Assembly (NCBI RefSeq): GCF_026210795.1
Contig: NC_089432.1
Span: forward strand, 2,914,001 to 2,978,000
Length of the DNA stretch: 64,000 bases
Direction of reading: 5' to 3'
DNA from: Rhizophagus irregularis
Taxonomy: Eukaryota
Under the pieces are notes generated by a model that was not told where the DNA came from, did not search any database, and saw only the letters and a list, made by a program, of their open reading frames with translations. A program made the translations under genes and the position numbers. Below are positions 41,701-54,300 of this stretch, piece after piece; the stretch's first letter is position 1; every line of letters starts with the position of its first letter.

Positions 41701-42330
41701 CTATATCAAGAAGCTGCAAATTTAGGAAATCCACGTGGAATATTTAGTTTAGGATATTGTTATGATAATGGAATTGGAACTAATATTGATAAACAAAAAT
41801 CATTTGAATTATATCAAAAGGCTGCAAATTTAGGAGATTCATCTGGAATATTTAGTTTAGGACATTGTTATGATAATGGAATTGGAACTAATATTGATAA
41901 ACAAAAGGCATTTGAATTATATCAAAAGGCTGCAAATTTAGGAGATTCGTCTGGAATATTTAGGTTAGGATATTGTTATGATAATGGAATTGGAACTAAT
42001 ATTAATAAACAAAAGGCATTTGAATTATATCAAAAGGCTGCAAATTTAGGAAATTCAGGTGGAATATATAATTTAGGATGTTGTTATAAAAAAGGAATTG
42101 GAACTGATATTGATAAACAAAAAGCATTTGAATTATATCAAGAATCTGCAAATTTTGGTAATAGTTCAGCTCAATATAATCTTGCTTTAATGTATGAAAA
42201 TGGAGAAGGGATTAAGAAGGATATAAATCAAGCAACTTATTGGTATAATAAGTCTGCTGAGCAAGGAGATCAAGGTGCCCAAAACAAATTAAATAAATTA
42301 AATAAACGCAAATGGAAAATTTTTGTATAA
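35767..42330 (+). pseudogene. Kinase + 7 SEL1 repeat gene with a +1 frameshift in exon 1 and a 4.2-kb insertion in the last intron
   Basis: ATTCAAAGAAATTGG at ~35872 versus ATTCAAGAAATTGG in a paralog. HRDL and DFG are intact. The last exon resumes at 41139 (CWNYEPDNRP). Confidence 0.8.
36913..41108. mobile_element. 4.2-kb non-autonomous TIR element (CMC-like, 2-bp TSD TT)
   Basis: CTTTGCTAACAACCTAAAATTTT..ATGTATTGTA versus TACAATACAT..AAAATTTTAGTTGTTAGCAAAG; removing it restores a short intron like the paralogs'. Confidence 0.85.
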
Positions 42331-43391
42331 TTTATTATTAACTTTATTTGGTACTATATTCTGTTATGAGTTACTTTTTTTAATTATATTAGTATGGGTT
42401 TGAAATATATAACGTGAAACAATAATTTAAATTAATTATGTAAAGTAAATATTTTCAAGTCACACTAATGATAAAAAAAAAACTAATTAATTAATCTTAG
42501 AATTGTCATTTTTTTATATTTAGCCTTATACTATGTGATGATTCATTTTTTTGTAAAATCCATATTCCAATATTACATTATTTTCATATACTTTGTGTGA
42601 TTGTGGCAAATAGAAGTTATAATTTACACTTCCAAATTCTATTTCTTTTTTTACCACAAAATTGTTGCAAAAACTCTAAATAATATTTTAAAATATGGCA
42701 TAAATTGGGGTTGGTTTTTTAATATCATACTCAATGAAAAGCATATTAAATAATGATCAGGCCATATATCATTTACGAATGAGAAATATGAATCTATTAA
42801 AATTCAAAATTATCATATATAATATATTCCGATGATTGATAATATTAATGATATCCAAACTCTCACATTAGTTAATCTAGTTTGGTATTATACTTACGAA
42901 ATGTTCTGTAAGAATAAAGTAAATACAAAAACTGAATAGGACAACCAAGACAGCAACCAATTATTTTAATAGAAGAACTTACAATGTTGATGAATTGATA
43001 AGAAATTTATTTATTAAAAAATTTTATTATTTAGGTCATTAATTAAATTTAAAAAATACGGCAATTTCTAAAGATCAGTTATATAAGTTAAGAAGTAGTA
43101 TATTATTAATGACTTCAAAAAAATTTTTGTTATGACACCTTAAATAACACCCTTAAATACTATAAAATTTTGCGAGACTTCAAAAAAAAAAAATGTGAAA
43201 CATGCGTTTTGTTTAATGTAATAGTATGTTACTATGCTTACAGGATTTTTTTTATTTTATTTGTTTTTTTTCTTAAAATTACTTATTGCTATTACACTAC
43301 CATAATATTCGTGCTGAAAACTTTTTTTCTATGTGTAGGTTTTTTAAAACCCATTACATTCATATCGTTTTTGCTATTTCATAAATAAAAA

Positions 43392-45810
43392 TTACAGCAG
43401 TACAGTAAAGTACTGTATATACTTTAAAATTATTTTCCATGAAGAATTTTCTTTTTTTTTCTTAATTTTCTCAAATTTATCTAATTGAAATTGAGCAATT
43501 AGATTACCTTGTTCAGCAGATTTTTCATACCAATATATTGCTTGATTTATATTCTTTTTAACTCCTTTTCCTATTTCATACATAAAAGCAAGATTACATT
43601 GAGCTATTTTATGTCCCAAATTTGCTGACTCTTTAAACAATTGAAATGCATTTTTGAAATTAACTTTAGTTCCAATTCCATAATAATAACAATATCCCAA
43701 CATTATAATTCCACCTAAATATTCTCCATCAGCTGATTTTCTAAATAATTCAAATGCTTTTTGATAATCTTTATCAATTCCATTTCCGTTTAAATACAAA
43801 AGGCCAAGATTACGCATAGCTATTACATTCCCATTACGTGCGGCCTCTTCGTACCAATGAAAAGCTATTCTAAAATCTTTTTTAATATCTGTTTCTTTAT
43901 CACAATATTGAATAATTTTTAATTGTCCCGTTGGATAATCTCTATTAATGAATTTTTCTAAATATTTAAATGCTAATTTTTCATCTTTTATGGTTCCAAT
44001 ACCAAATTCATAACATTTTCCAACATAATATTGTGCCAACAGATGATCTTGTTCGGATGCATTAATAAATAAATGAAATGCTTTCTTTTCATTTTTAATA
44101 GTTTCAATTCCTAAATAACTAAAATATCCAAGTAAAAAAATAAAATTTGGATTATTTTGATAATTTGGATTATTTTGATTACTTAATATCTTTTTACGAA
44201 TTTCTTCTACATTTATATCAAAATTATTAAGATAATCAAGAAAAAGGTAAGGTTGCTCTTTTCCTTCATTTGTTATTTCACATATTTTCATTAATATATC
44301 ATTAACTATTTCACATAAATCTTCATCAACATTTGAATTTGTTGATGTATGATTAATTAATGATTCTTCATTTAATTCATTTAATGAAGTTGAATTTTCA
44401 TTTGATATTTGGTAAGTTATATTATCAATACTTTCATTTTGTCGATAAATAATTGTTCTTAATCTTTTGACGACTTCATTCATTGACGGTCGATTGTCTG
44501 GTTCGTCATCCCAACACTCTAAGTATTTAATAAAATATATCAAAGTTGTATAATTTTATTAATAAATTTAGCCATTGAAATATTTTAAATTTTATCGTTA
44601 TACTTACCAGTATAAAGTTTCTCATAATCAATAGAAGTATTGGGAATAATTTTTTCTCTAAGACCTTTTAAAATTCGAACGGCTAAATTGACATCAGATT
44701 CGTCTTCAAAAGGTGGTTTACCACTTAATATCTCCCATAAGAGTACACCAACACTGTAGACATCGCTTTTTTTATTTAATGAATATGATTGTATGTTGAA
44801 TTTTTTTGGTTCAATGTAAGGAATCATATTAAATGATTTTGTATGTGATTTTGATACTATATCAATTTCTTTTGATAAGCCAAAATCTGCCAACTTTATA
44901 GAATTTTGATGTACCAATATATTACAGGAATGCTATCATAAATATTCAGTAAATATATGTCAATTAAATTAAATTCACGAATATGTAGTAATTATTTACC
45001 AAGTCACTATGCACAATATCATCATCATGTAAAAATGATATAGCACAGGTAAGCTGATATGCCAGATTGCATTTATCATTCCAAGTGAGAACATCAAAGT
45101 TTTTTTTTAAATAGTTACGAAGATTACCCCCGTTGGCATACTCCATTACTAACAAGTAATTTTTTGATTGATCAATTTCATTTTCTACGAATAAATAAAA
45201 AAATATGTATATTAGCTCTTTTTACAAAAAGTCAAATAATCTAACTAATTTAATTTAAATTAGTTTTATCTTACTCGAATTAAGTTTTGCAATTCCATAA
45301 AAGCGAATAACGTTATGATGAACATTCACGTCTCTTTGACGTTTGAGCTAATATAAAAATAAAACTATGAATAAAAAATTGTGATTTGCGTGTTTGAACG
45401 TGCATAATAAAATATATATGTTATGCGCCAGATGCCGATTTGCGTCAGATGACGCCGGCCTACATTATCAATATTTCCAAATATTATAATGCCTTAAGTA
45501 GGTTGGCCAGCATTACTAGCCAGCCGTCATCTGACGCACGTCAGCTGTCAGCTGACGTAACATAGTATATATATTAGATATAAATGAATACCTCACGAAC
45601 GATCTTTTCTAGAGTGAATTCGTTAAAATTAAAAAAGGATTTTAACGCTAAATAATGTTGTGAATTTTTATAATTAGCACGAAATACTCTTCCGAAATTT
45701 CCGATACCAATTTCTTCAATATTATTAAAATTATCATATTTGTAATATTTAATAATTTTTTTTGATATGGCCTCCTCGACACAATATTTTGTACTTATAG
45801 TATTATTCAT
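43392..45810 (-). CDS. TKL-family kinase + SEL1 repeats (subfamily B; catalytic loop HSDL)
   Basis: GIGNFGRV, ALKS, HSDL|HSCNIL, ADFGLSK, CWDDEPDNRP; paralog of 28568-30788. Confidence 0.88.
45416..45565. mobile_element. MITE in intron 1 of the 43392-45810 gene
   Basis: TATGTTA..TGCGTCAGATGACG versus CGTCATCTGACGCA..TAACATA; the intron is much longer than in the paralogs. Confidence 0.65.
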
Positions 45811-46579
45811 CTTGATGTTATCAGTTAGTATTATATGTTTTTGTTAGAAAAAAAAAAATTTAAAAAGACTTACAAAAATAAAATCCTTATTTATATAGAA
45901 ATTTTTTTCAACAAAACGATTCAAATCGTCAGATCGGCACAAATTATTAATCGCTAAATTCACCGGTAAATTAAGTTTATAAGGAAATTAATATAATGCA
46001 CTGCATTGTAAGAAGTATCAACAATTTATAATTAGAATGAATCAAAAAGCTTGAAGCGTTTCAAGTTAAAAAGCGAAATAAGCGCATATAATGGACTTTT
46101 AATTATTTCCTTTTTTGAAAATCAAGAACTAATTAAGAAAAAAAATTTTATCGTATAATCGGAGTTCGGCGCATTCACATGAGCATCACGCATGATTATC
46201 TCGATTATGAATGAATCAAAGATGAGGCTAATGATTATTTAACAATGAAACGAGTTGGTTGATCATCTAACCGTTTATGTTTGAACATGTCCAAAAAAGG
46301 TAAATAAAGAAAATCCTTCACCCCAGCCAAATGATCGGCATAGTTTCTAAGCTAAGTGGGCGTGCACTACATCCTAGCTTATAAACTGCCCATGGCCAGA
46401 TTAGCCCACGAGATCTGATTGGTCCAAACAACTTACCAACATTTAATTACAAATAAGGCAATTTTATAACTTTTGACCGGATATTTACTTATAAACTCAT
46501 GGTCAAGGATTGCATTAATGTACATTTTGTACCACCTTGTAACTATAAAAAAGGCAAAAATTTTTTTAAGGTTACACAT

Positions 46580-46830
46580 TAATTTGGCCAGAATTAAGAT
46601 AATTTCGCCCAGCAAAATTTGGCCGGAATTATAAAACGGACATAAATGTCCGTTTGCAAATTTGGCAAGAATTATAAAAATGGACATAAATGTCCGTTTG
46701 CAAATTTGGCCAGAATTATAAAAACGGACATAAATTTGGCCGGAATTATAAAATAGATGGTTTTCTAATTTGGCCGGAATTATAAAAACGGACATTTATG
46801 TCCGTTTTTGTAAATTTGGCCAGCATTATG
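46580..46830. repeat. Tandem AATTTGGCCRGAATTATAAAA(CGGACATAAATGTCCG) repeats, TE-derived dispersed family
   Basis: About 7 copies here; related motifs at ~9080-9125, 10935-10985 and 62812-62848. Confidence 0.75.
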
Positions 46831-47020
46831 AATGTAAATATTTTAACTAATTATTCAGTAATCATAAATAAATAAATTATATTTTGTTGGCTTTGTCTCA
46901 TCAAAATATGCTAAATAGTGGTAATTTCATATTTCTATTATCAATAAATAAAAGTTATTAGCATTTATAAATATTTAAAAATATAAAAAATTATTTCAAG
47001 AAAATGTTAATATTTTATTA

Positions 47021-47227
47021 CCGTAAAGTCCCGAATATAAGCAACCTTTTTTTGCCTATTTCAGCCAAAATCCTTATAAAAAAAACTATAATATCCCCTT
47101 AAAAAAAATATTACAAACTGTAGCTCCGCAATGGTCCTTTATAATGAAAAATGAATCTGACCAAAATCATTATCATTCAGGCCAGGGTGCTCATTTCCCG
47201 GAGTTGCTTATATTCGGGACTTTACGG
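47021..47227. mobile_element. Tc1/mariner-type MITE, 207 bp
   Basis: Perfect 25-bp TIR CCGTAAAGTCCCGAATATAAGCAAC; TA on both sides. Confidence 0.92.
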
Positions 47228-48082
47228 TATTTATTTATTAATCCTAAAGGTATAAAACTGCTACCATTTAAAATATCTCAAAAAAACAATCCAACAAGCT
47301 ATATATATTTTATCTTTCTATTTGTAATTACTTGATTTCAAGCTAAAGCAGTTTAGCTTTTAGCAATTTAATGTAAATATTTAATCAGATAATAGACATT
47401 TGTTTTTTTTTTTAAATCAGAATACTAGATATTGTTTTATTATTTATTTAATATATAAAAGTTATATGAACATTGTGTTTTATAAATATTATACGAAAAT
47501 TTTGTAAAGAAAATTTACAAAAATTTATAATTGATATAATTAATTAATAATTTAATTTATTATTCTAATTGTTATAAAATAATACATCACATGCTATTTA
47601 TGGAAGTTTACTTTAATATAATATATATATATTACATTAAGAATATATAAATAAATTATTTAATTATCCAATTCATTATATACTATCTTTGTAGATAATG
47701 TTATATAAATATACTATTTATTTAATGCTATTTGGCATTTAAAAAATTGGGTTATTGAAAAAATATTGACTTTTTGGTTTTTTTATTTTTAAAATTGCCA
47801 AAAAATTAGATCTTTCAATTATTAGTATATTAAATATATGTGGAAGTTACATATATAAATATACCTAGTATTTAGTAGTAAATTAAATATATATATGTGA
47901 AAGTTACATAAACATATTGGTATTTAATATAATTTGGTATTTAAAATTATTTTATTAATTAAAATATTTTTTTTATTATTAGATGCAAATTATTTTAAAA
48001 ATTGTCAAAAAATTAGATTCTTTAATTATTAGTACATTACATATGCAATTTAGCAATTGAAAAATTATTTTATTAATAGGCC

Positions 48083-48259
48083 TATACATGCCACCCAAAT
48101 TATTTTGGGCTGCCGTAATTATAAGTAAAATCCCAAATTCAATTATGACATCCCAAATTATTTTGGCACTTTACATAGTAAATTATATATAAATTGAATG
48201 AATTACGACATCCCAAATTATAATTATGGCATCCCAAAATAATTTGGGCAGCATGTATA
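48083..48259. mobile_element. hAT-type MITE, 177 bp
   Basis: TIR TATACATGC..CCCAAATTATTTTGGG; 8-bp TSD AATAGGCC (48075-48082 and 48260-48267). Confidence 0.92.
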
Positions 48260-51200
48260 AATAGGCCATTGATTTTATTTTAGTTTTATTCTTTTTTTTA
48301 ATTAGATATAATTTATTTTAAATATTATTAGAAAATTAAATGATTTGATTCTTTTAATTATTAGTATATTATTATATCTATAGAAGTTGCACAGGTCGAA
48401 TAATGTCAAATCGGTCATCAATCCGTCATCAATCGGGTATCCGATTTGTGCCTGATTGGTAACTGATTTCTTCAATCAGATACCAATCGGGCTGCCTGAT
48501 TGGTATCCGATTTCCGCCAAAATCCGACACCAACCGGTCAGTCCGATTGATGACGGAATGATATACCGATTGGTGACAGATATGCACATGATTGTTAACA
48601 GATTATTGATAGGTTGTTAACTGATTTATGCCTGATTGGTAGCCGATTTTACTTGTTTCAATCTGACATCAATCTGACATTGACCCGATTGTTGACCGAT
48701 TGTTGACCGTCTGTTGACCGACTGTTAACCGACTGTTGACCGATTGTTGACCGATTGTTGACCGATTGTTGACCGATTGTTTGCTAATTTAAATAGTTGA
48801 TTATAGCCGACATTATGTACATTTTATAGTGTAATTATTTATAAATTATGGCCTGTACTATTATACGTTTATAAAAAAATTTAAAATGATCACATTTGAA
48901 ATATATTTTATTATTCAGGTAGATTAATATTTACAATATAAATATATGATCATATTGTGTGATGTACAGTATATTCAATATCTACTACCACTTATTATAA
49001 TTTCATAAATGAAAAATTAGTATATTTTTGTTTCCAATCGCCGAAAGCAGAGACTGATTTGAAAAAATGAAAATATGCATCATATTAATCTCTTAAAAAG
49101 GTAGTGCTAGAAATAAAAATCGAATGAGACTTACACCATTAAGACTAATATTCCTCAAAAATTTATAAACATTTTTGTTCTGATCACTAAAAGTAGAAAC
49201 CGATTTGTTAAAAACGAAATTTGCATCATATTGATCTCTCTTAAAAAAAATAGTGCTAGAAAGGAATGGAACTTACATCATTAAGACCAAATAGCGCCTC
49301 AAAAGTTCATCAAAATAGGTACATTCTTGTTTCTGATCGCTACAAGTAGAAGCTGATTTAAAAAAAATGAGAATATGCATCATATTAATATTCTTAAAAA
49401 AGGTTGTACTAGTAATCAGAATGAGACTTACATCATTAAGACTAAATAGCCTCAAAGTCCATCGAAATAGATTCATCTTTGTTTCCGATCGCCAAAAGCA
49501 GAGGCTGATTTGAAAAATATATCATATTAATCTCTTAATAAAAGTTGTGCTAGAAATAAAATAGGAGTGAAACTTACATCATTAAAGCTAAGTAATACTT
49601 CAAAAAGTTCTTCATGTTTGTTTCCAATCACTAAAAGCAGGAGCCAATTTGAAAAAAAAATCGTTTTAATATCTTATAAAAATGATTATATCTGATGCTC
49701 CCTCAAACGCCAAAAAAGTTGTATTGGAATTAGGATCATATACTTCTCCGTGAATTAGATTCTTGGATTGCTATAACAGCCGTAATGCATTTCGAATTTT
49801 CGATAGCCGTAATGCATTATGACAGACATAATGCAATTTGGCAGAATTCCGTTATATCAGACATATTGCCAATTCGTCTGGCATCCTACAAAGAAATAAA
49901 GAAGAAACGTTAGTAACATTTCTCCAAAGAATATTACAGAACTCCCTCTCCTAATCCCCTTTTACCTTAACCCTAAAGTCCAGTTCATAAATTCATCCGG
50001 CAACCCTACAGAGAAATAAATAAAAAATCTAGTGATGTTTCTTAAAAAATTAAATATAACGAAAAACCCCTCTCTCAGTCCCCTTTTACCTTAATAATTC
50101 CAAAGTTCGGTCATATAACTCGTATTATTCATCCGGCAACACTACAAAAAAAGAAAAAGAGAAGCGTGAGAAATAGAACGTTTCTCTTAAAAAAATATAA
50201 ATATTAATTATCCCCCACTTACATAAATTCAAAGTCCAGTCGTATAACTTGTATTATTCGTTTGACAACTCTACAAAAAAGAAAAAGAGAAGCGTTAGAA
50301 ACGTTTCTCTTAAAAAAAAAAACAAAAGTATTATCCCTCTTCCTCCACTCACATACCGTAATTCAATAGTCTGGGTTGTATAAAAAATTAGTTTTTTTTA
50401 TAATGAAAATCGGTTTAACAGTTGAAAACCGAAAAAGAAAGTTTTTTTTAAAAAATAAATGAAATATGGTTTAAAAAAAACTGAAAAAGATGATTTTTTT
50501 TTAATAAATAATAAAAAAAAGATCTGATTCCAATCAAATCTGAACATCTGATCGCCAAACCTATTTTGGTATTTCGGCTAATTAAATCTGTAAAAATACA
50601 TAAAATTACGTCAAAAAGATGAAATTAATTGTTAATTAATTCACGCTGAAGTATATAGGATCAGGAGAAAACTTACGTCATTCAAGCTAAATAGTTTGGT
50701 TGCAGAATTGCATAAAATAAATAAAAAATATGTTTACCATTCAGATGAAAAATAAACATAAAAATTCACAGTATGAAACAAAGTAAAAAAAACTGAAAAT
50801 AAGCCTTATATGTTCGAAAGAAAAGAAAATTTAGTTAAAAAGAATATTAGCAAGTAGAATTAGAGTACAGAAGAAGCATCTTCACTGAAGTACCATAACC
50901 TTGAGTGTCCACTAGCAATGAAAGTTCATCAAAATCGGTATACACTTGATTCCGATCGTTGAAATGCAAGTCACTTTAGATTTCATTAGAAATGAAAAAT
51001 CGGAACCTCTTCATCTTAGCGTTATTTTTTGTAACTGGTTATATATAAATTTCCATAATGGTGAATTTTCAGGTGGTCATTAGTATTACAATTGGTCATG
51101 GAAACTTATATTTCATTATTAAGAACGGAATAACTATTGAATGAGCTATATTTTCTTACCGCCAAAAAATCTTAAATACTAATAGGCAATAATAAGAGCA

Positions 51201-52000
51201 TTTGTTATATTTGTTATGGATTTATCTGGTTTCCAATAAGTCAAGGTTATCTCGTGGTTTCTGATTAACTTTATTGGTAACGGCATTCGTGCAATTTCTT
51301 GGTTCATACAAGATAGTTTTGTCGGTATTATCAGACTTCTAATAGTTTAAATAATTCCTATTGTGAAATATTTGTAGCTCTTTGCTGTTGCGAAACTACA
51401 AAACTCAGAGTAAATTATTTATCAGAGAAAGTTTGGACGCAAATTTGTTTATATGGGAAAAAAAGATTTTGTTTTTGAGTAAATAAACAAACCGGCCAAT
51501 CTATTTTTATCAGTGATGATCGACATCATGTGATAATAATTATAGTTTTAATGCGACCAGAATTATTGCTTTCAATTCTCAAATTCAAGAAGTTGGATTA
51601 TTGCTGATACCCCATCAAAAAATTGAAACTTGCATATGATTCTTTTTTTCCACCGCACAACAAGAAAAGCTTTTAACTCCCATCTCTTATGCTTTTCAAT
51701 TAACTTATAATTCCCGATAATATAACCCAAATTTTGCGAACCAATCATAACGACCCGAGAAGCCTCATTTTCTTTAGCAAAGGAACCCATTATTATAATT
51801 TGGTACGATCATCATAGTAATATTTAATTCCAGTTTTTTTTGTCATAAGCTGTACATAATCGGTAAATGTCATCAAAATTTGGCATTCACATTTGATATT
51901 TATCGTATTTATTGGAATGGAAAAATGCAAATTTATGTTATTACAATGGTCTTATTGTTTTACATCAGAAAATGTAAACATTTATTTGTGAAGTTAAAAC

Positions 52001-53792
52001 TTATTCGTCACAAGCAATAGACACAGCCCTTTTAAGTTCACCATTATATCCCTTAAGTGTCCATTTTGGTGCCTCAACGGGTTTTCGTTCGTCTGCTATA
52101 TGGTCACCATATGTTCGAACTCGTTTTACTTCTTTTGCATCCTTGTCCAGATAGTTTCGTAGAAACTTGCGAAGCTTATTTATAAAAAGAATTAGCACAC
52201 TTGGTCTAAAATATTACATATTTTAACAAATTCACTTACAGTGTCCGAACGCCAGGGAAGGTCTTTCACGATAATATTATTATCTTCATCCGACTCTTCT
52301 GGACTGTGATAACAATTTTGTTTGGTAATAGGTTCCAATTCAGTAAAATTAAATTGGTCCAGCAAGCGATCATTACTCTTTTTTAGGTTGTTTATCACTT
52401 TCGTCCTCTTTCGCCTTTTCTATATAGATTATATAAATATAACAAAATTAAATAAATTAAATCTGGCGGCATACTAATTTACCTCTGATCGACGTGTATT
52501 TCTATGTTTTCTTTTTAATTCTTTTTTTTTCCCTTCTTCATCCTTGTTGTTGATTCAGTATGTATTCCGTTGGCTACGATGTCTCCTCTTGATAATTTGA
52601 TATATAACATTCTCGCTTATCGGGTAAATATTAGGATCTAAGAGTTGTTTGATCGTTGGAATTATTCTTTCAATTACTATCTTCTTTTGAGATTCGAACG
52701 TTTTACTTCTGTCTAATTGGCTTTCATCCGGCATTCTGGTAATATTCCAGAAAACATCTCGCTAGATAATTTATTGCAATTAATAAATTAAAGTATAACA
52801 AAAATAAACAATAATAACTGTAGAATTTATTTACACGTAAAGCTTCTTTCAAATCCTTTTCCATTTCGTTCAAATTATTGTACCGCTTGAATCCAACGGA
52901 TTCAGCATTAATCAACGGTCTATTGGAATGTCGGCGACTTCCTTTTTCAATACTTTCTTCTTCAGTTTCAAAACTACTATTTTCTTCTGCCCTTTTTCGT
53001 TTACCCTCATCGGAATTCAGTTGTCGATTTTTTGATCTTTTTCGGCTTGTTATCATTATCATGTCTTCGCTATCAGAAATTCGCTGATTTTTTCTTGAGT
53101 CCTTTCGTTTAACTTTATTATCCGCATCTTCAACCCACCGATTTTTTCTTGAATCCTTTCGTCTAACTTTATTATCTGCATCTTCGTTATCGGAAATCTG
53201 ACAATTTTTTCTTGAATCCCCTTGTTTGACATCATCATCTACATCTTCGCTATCGGAAATCTGCTGATTTTTTCTGGAGTCCTTTCGTTTAACTTTATTA
53301 TTCGCATCTTCAACCCACCAATTTTTTCTTGAATCCTTTCGTCTAATTTTATTATCTGCATCTTCGTTATCAGAAATCTGACAATTTTTTCTTAAATCCC
53401 CTTGTTTGACATCATCATCTGAATCTTCGCTATCAGAAACCCGCTGACTTTTCCTTAACTTTTTTCTGTTTTTTCTGGTAATGTTACTGCTAGGTTCGGC
53501 ACCTTTCGAAGAACTAACTTTGGTACTTTCCAGGCCTATAATGTTGTATGTGACAGACTGATTTATAAAAATTTCTTGGATATGCATTACAAATTCATTA
53601 TGCACCTTTTTTACGCCTATACCTTTATATTTCTCTCTTAACGAATCTGATATTGAGTCATCAGAATCGGTATAAGGTATCACTGACGTATCTGACTCAA
53701 CTTTTTGCTGACTTGCCCTGTTTAAAAAAAGTTAATAATAAATAATTGTAAATAAGTAACTGGTAGTAAACTAGTACAGAAATCACTTACAT
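52001..53792 (-). pseudogene. CACTA partner (accessory) gene, multi-exon, with one internal stop
   Basis: ATG split by an intron (53792-53791|53717); charged 60-aa internal duplication; C-terminal SPEESD..LPWRS and PKW; in-frame TGA at 52557-52555. Confidence 0.7.
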
Positions 53793-53929
53793 ATCTGTCC
53801 GTTTCTATTAATAAAAAATAAAATAAAATAAAATAAAATAAATAATAAAAGTCAGCCAATAAGTATATCGATTTCATCTTTAATGCTTGGAGTTCAATAT
53901 AACAATTTCATTATACTGAGCTCTGTGTG

Positions 53930-54300
53930 AACGTATAAGCCCAGGGGCTATAAAAGCCCACGGATGTGCGGATAAAAGCCCGGGTGCGCAAAAAAGACCC
54001 GGGCTTCCGAAAAGACAAAAGATAAAGCCCAGTTTCATACACAAAAAAATAAGGGCTTTGAAAGTAAAAGCCTAGACGCATAACAATACCTAAAAAATAA
54101 AATGGATAAATATTTGGTTGCATAATAAGCTAATACTTTGAAAGTAAAAGCCAAGATACTTGAAATTTCTGAACGGGTAAGTGGATAAAAGTTCGGTTAC
54201 ATAAAAAAGCCTGGGCAAAAGCCCGGTATGTAACAAACTAAAGAAGTTTGATTACATAATAAAGCCAAGGCTTTGAAAGTAAAAGCCCAGGCGCGTAATA
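53930..54300. promoter_or_regulatory. AAAAGCCC(GG) repeat cluster between the divergent transposon genes
   Basis: About 10 AAAAGCC motifs in the head-to-head intergenic region. Confidence 0.4.

Noticed and set aside
46433..46795. 120-aa ORF with ILAKF/FYNSGQI repeats
   Set aside because: Translation of a DNA tandem repeat that shifts between frames.
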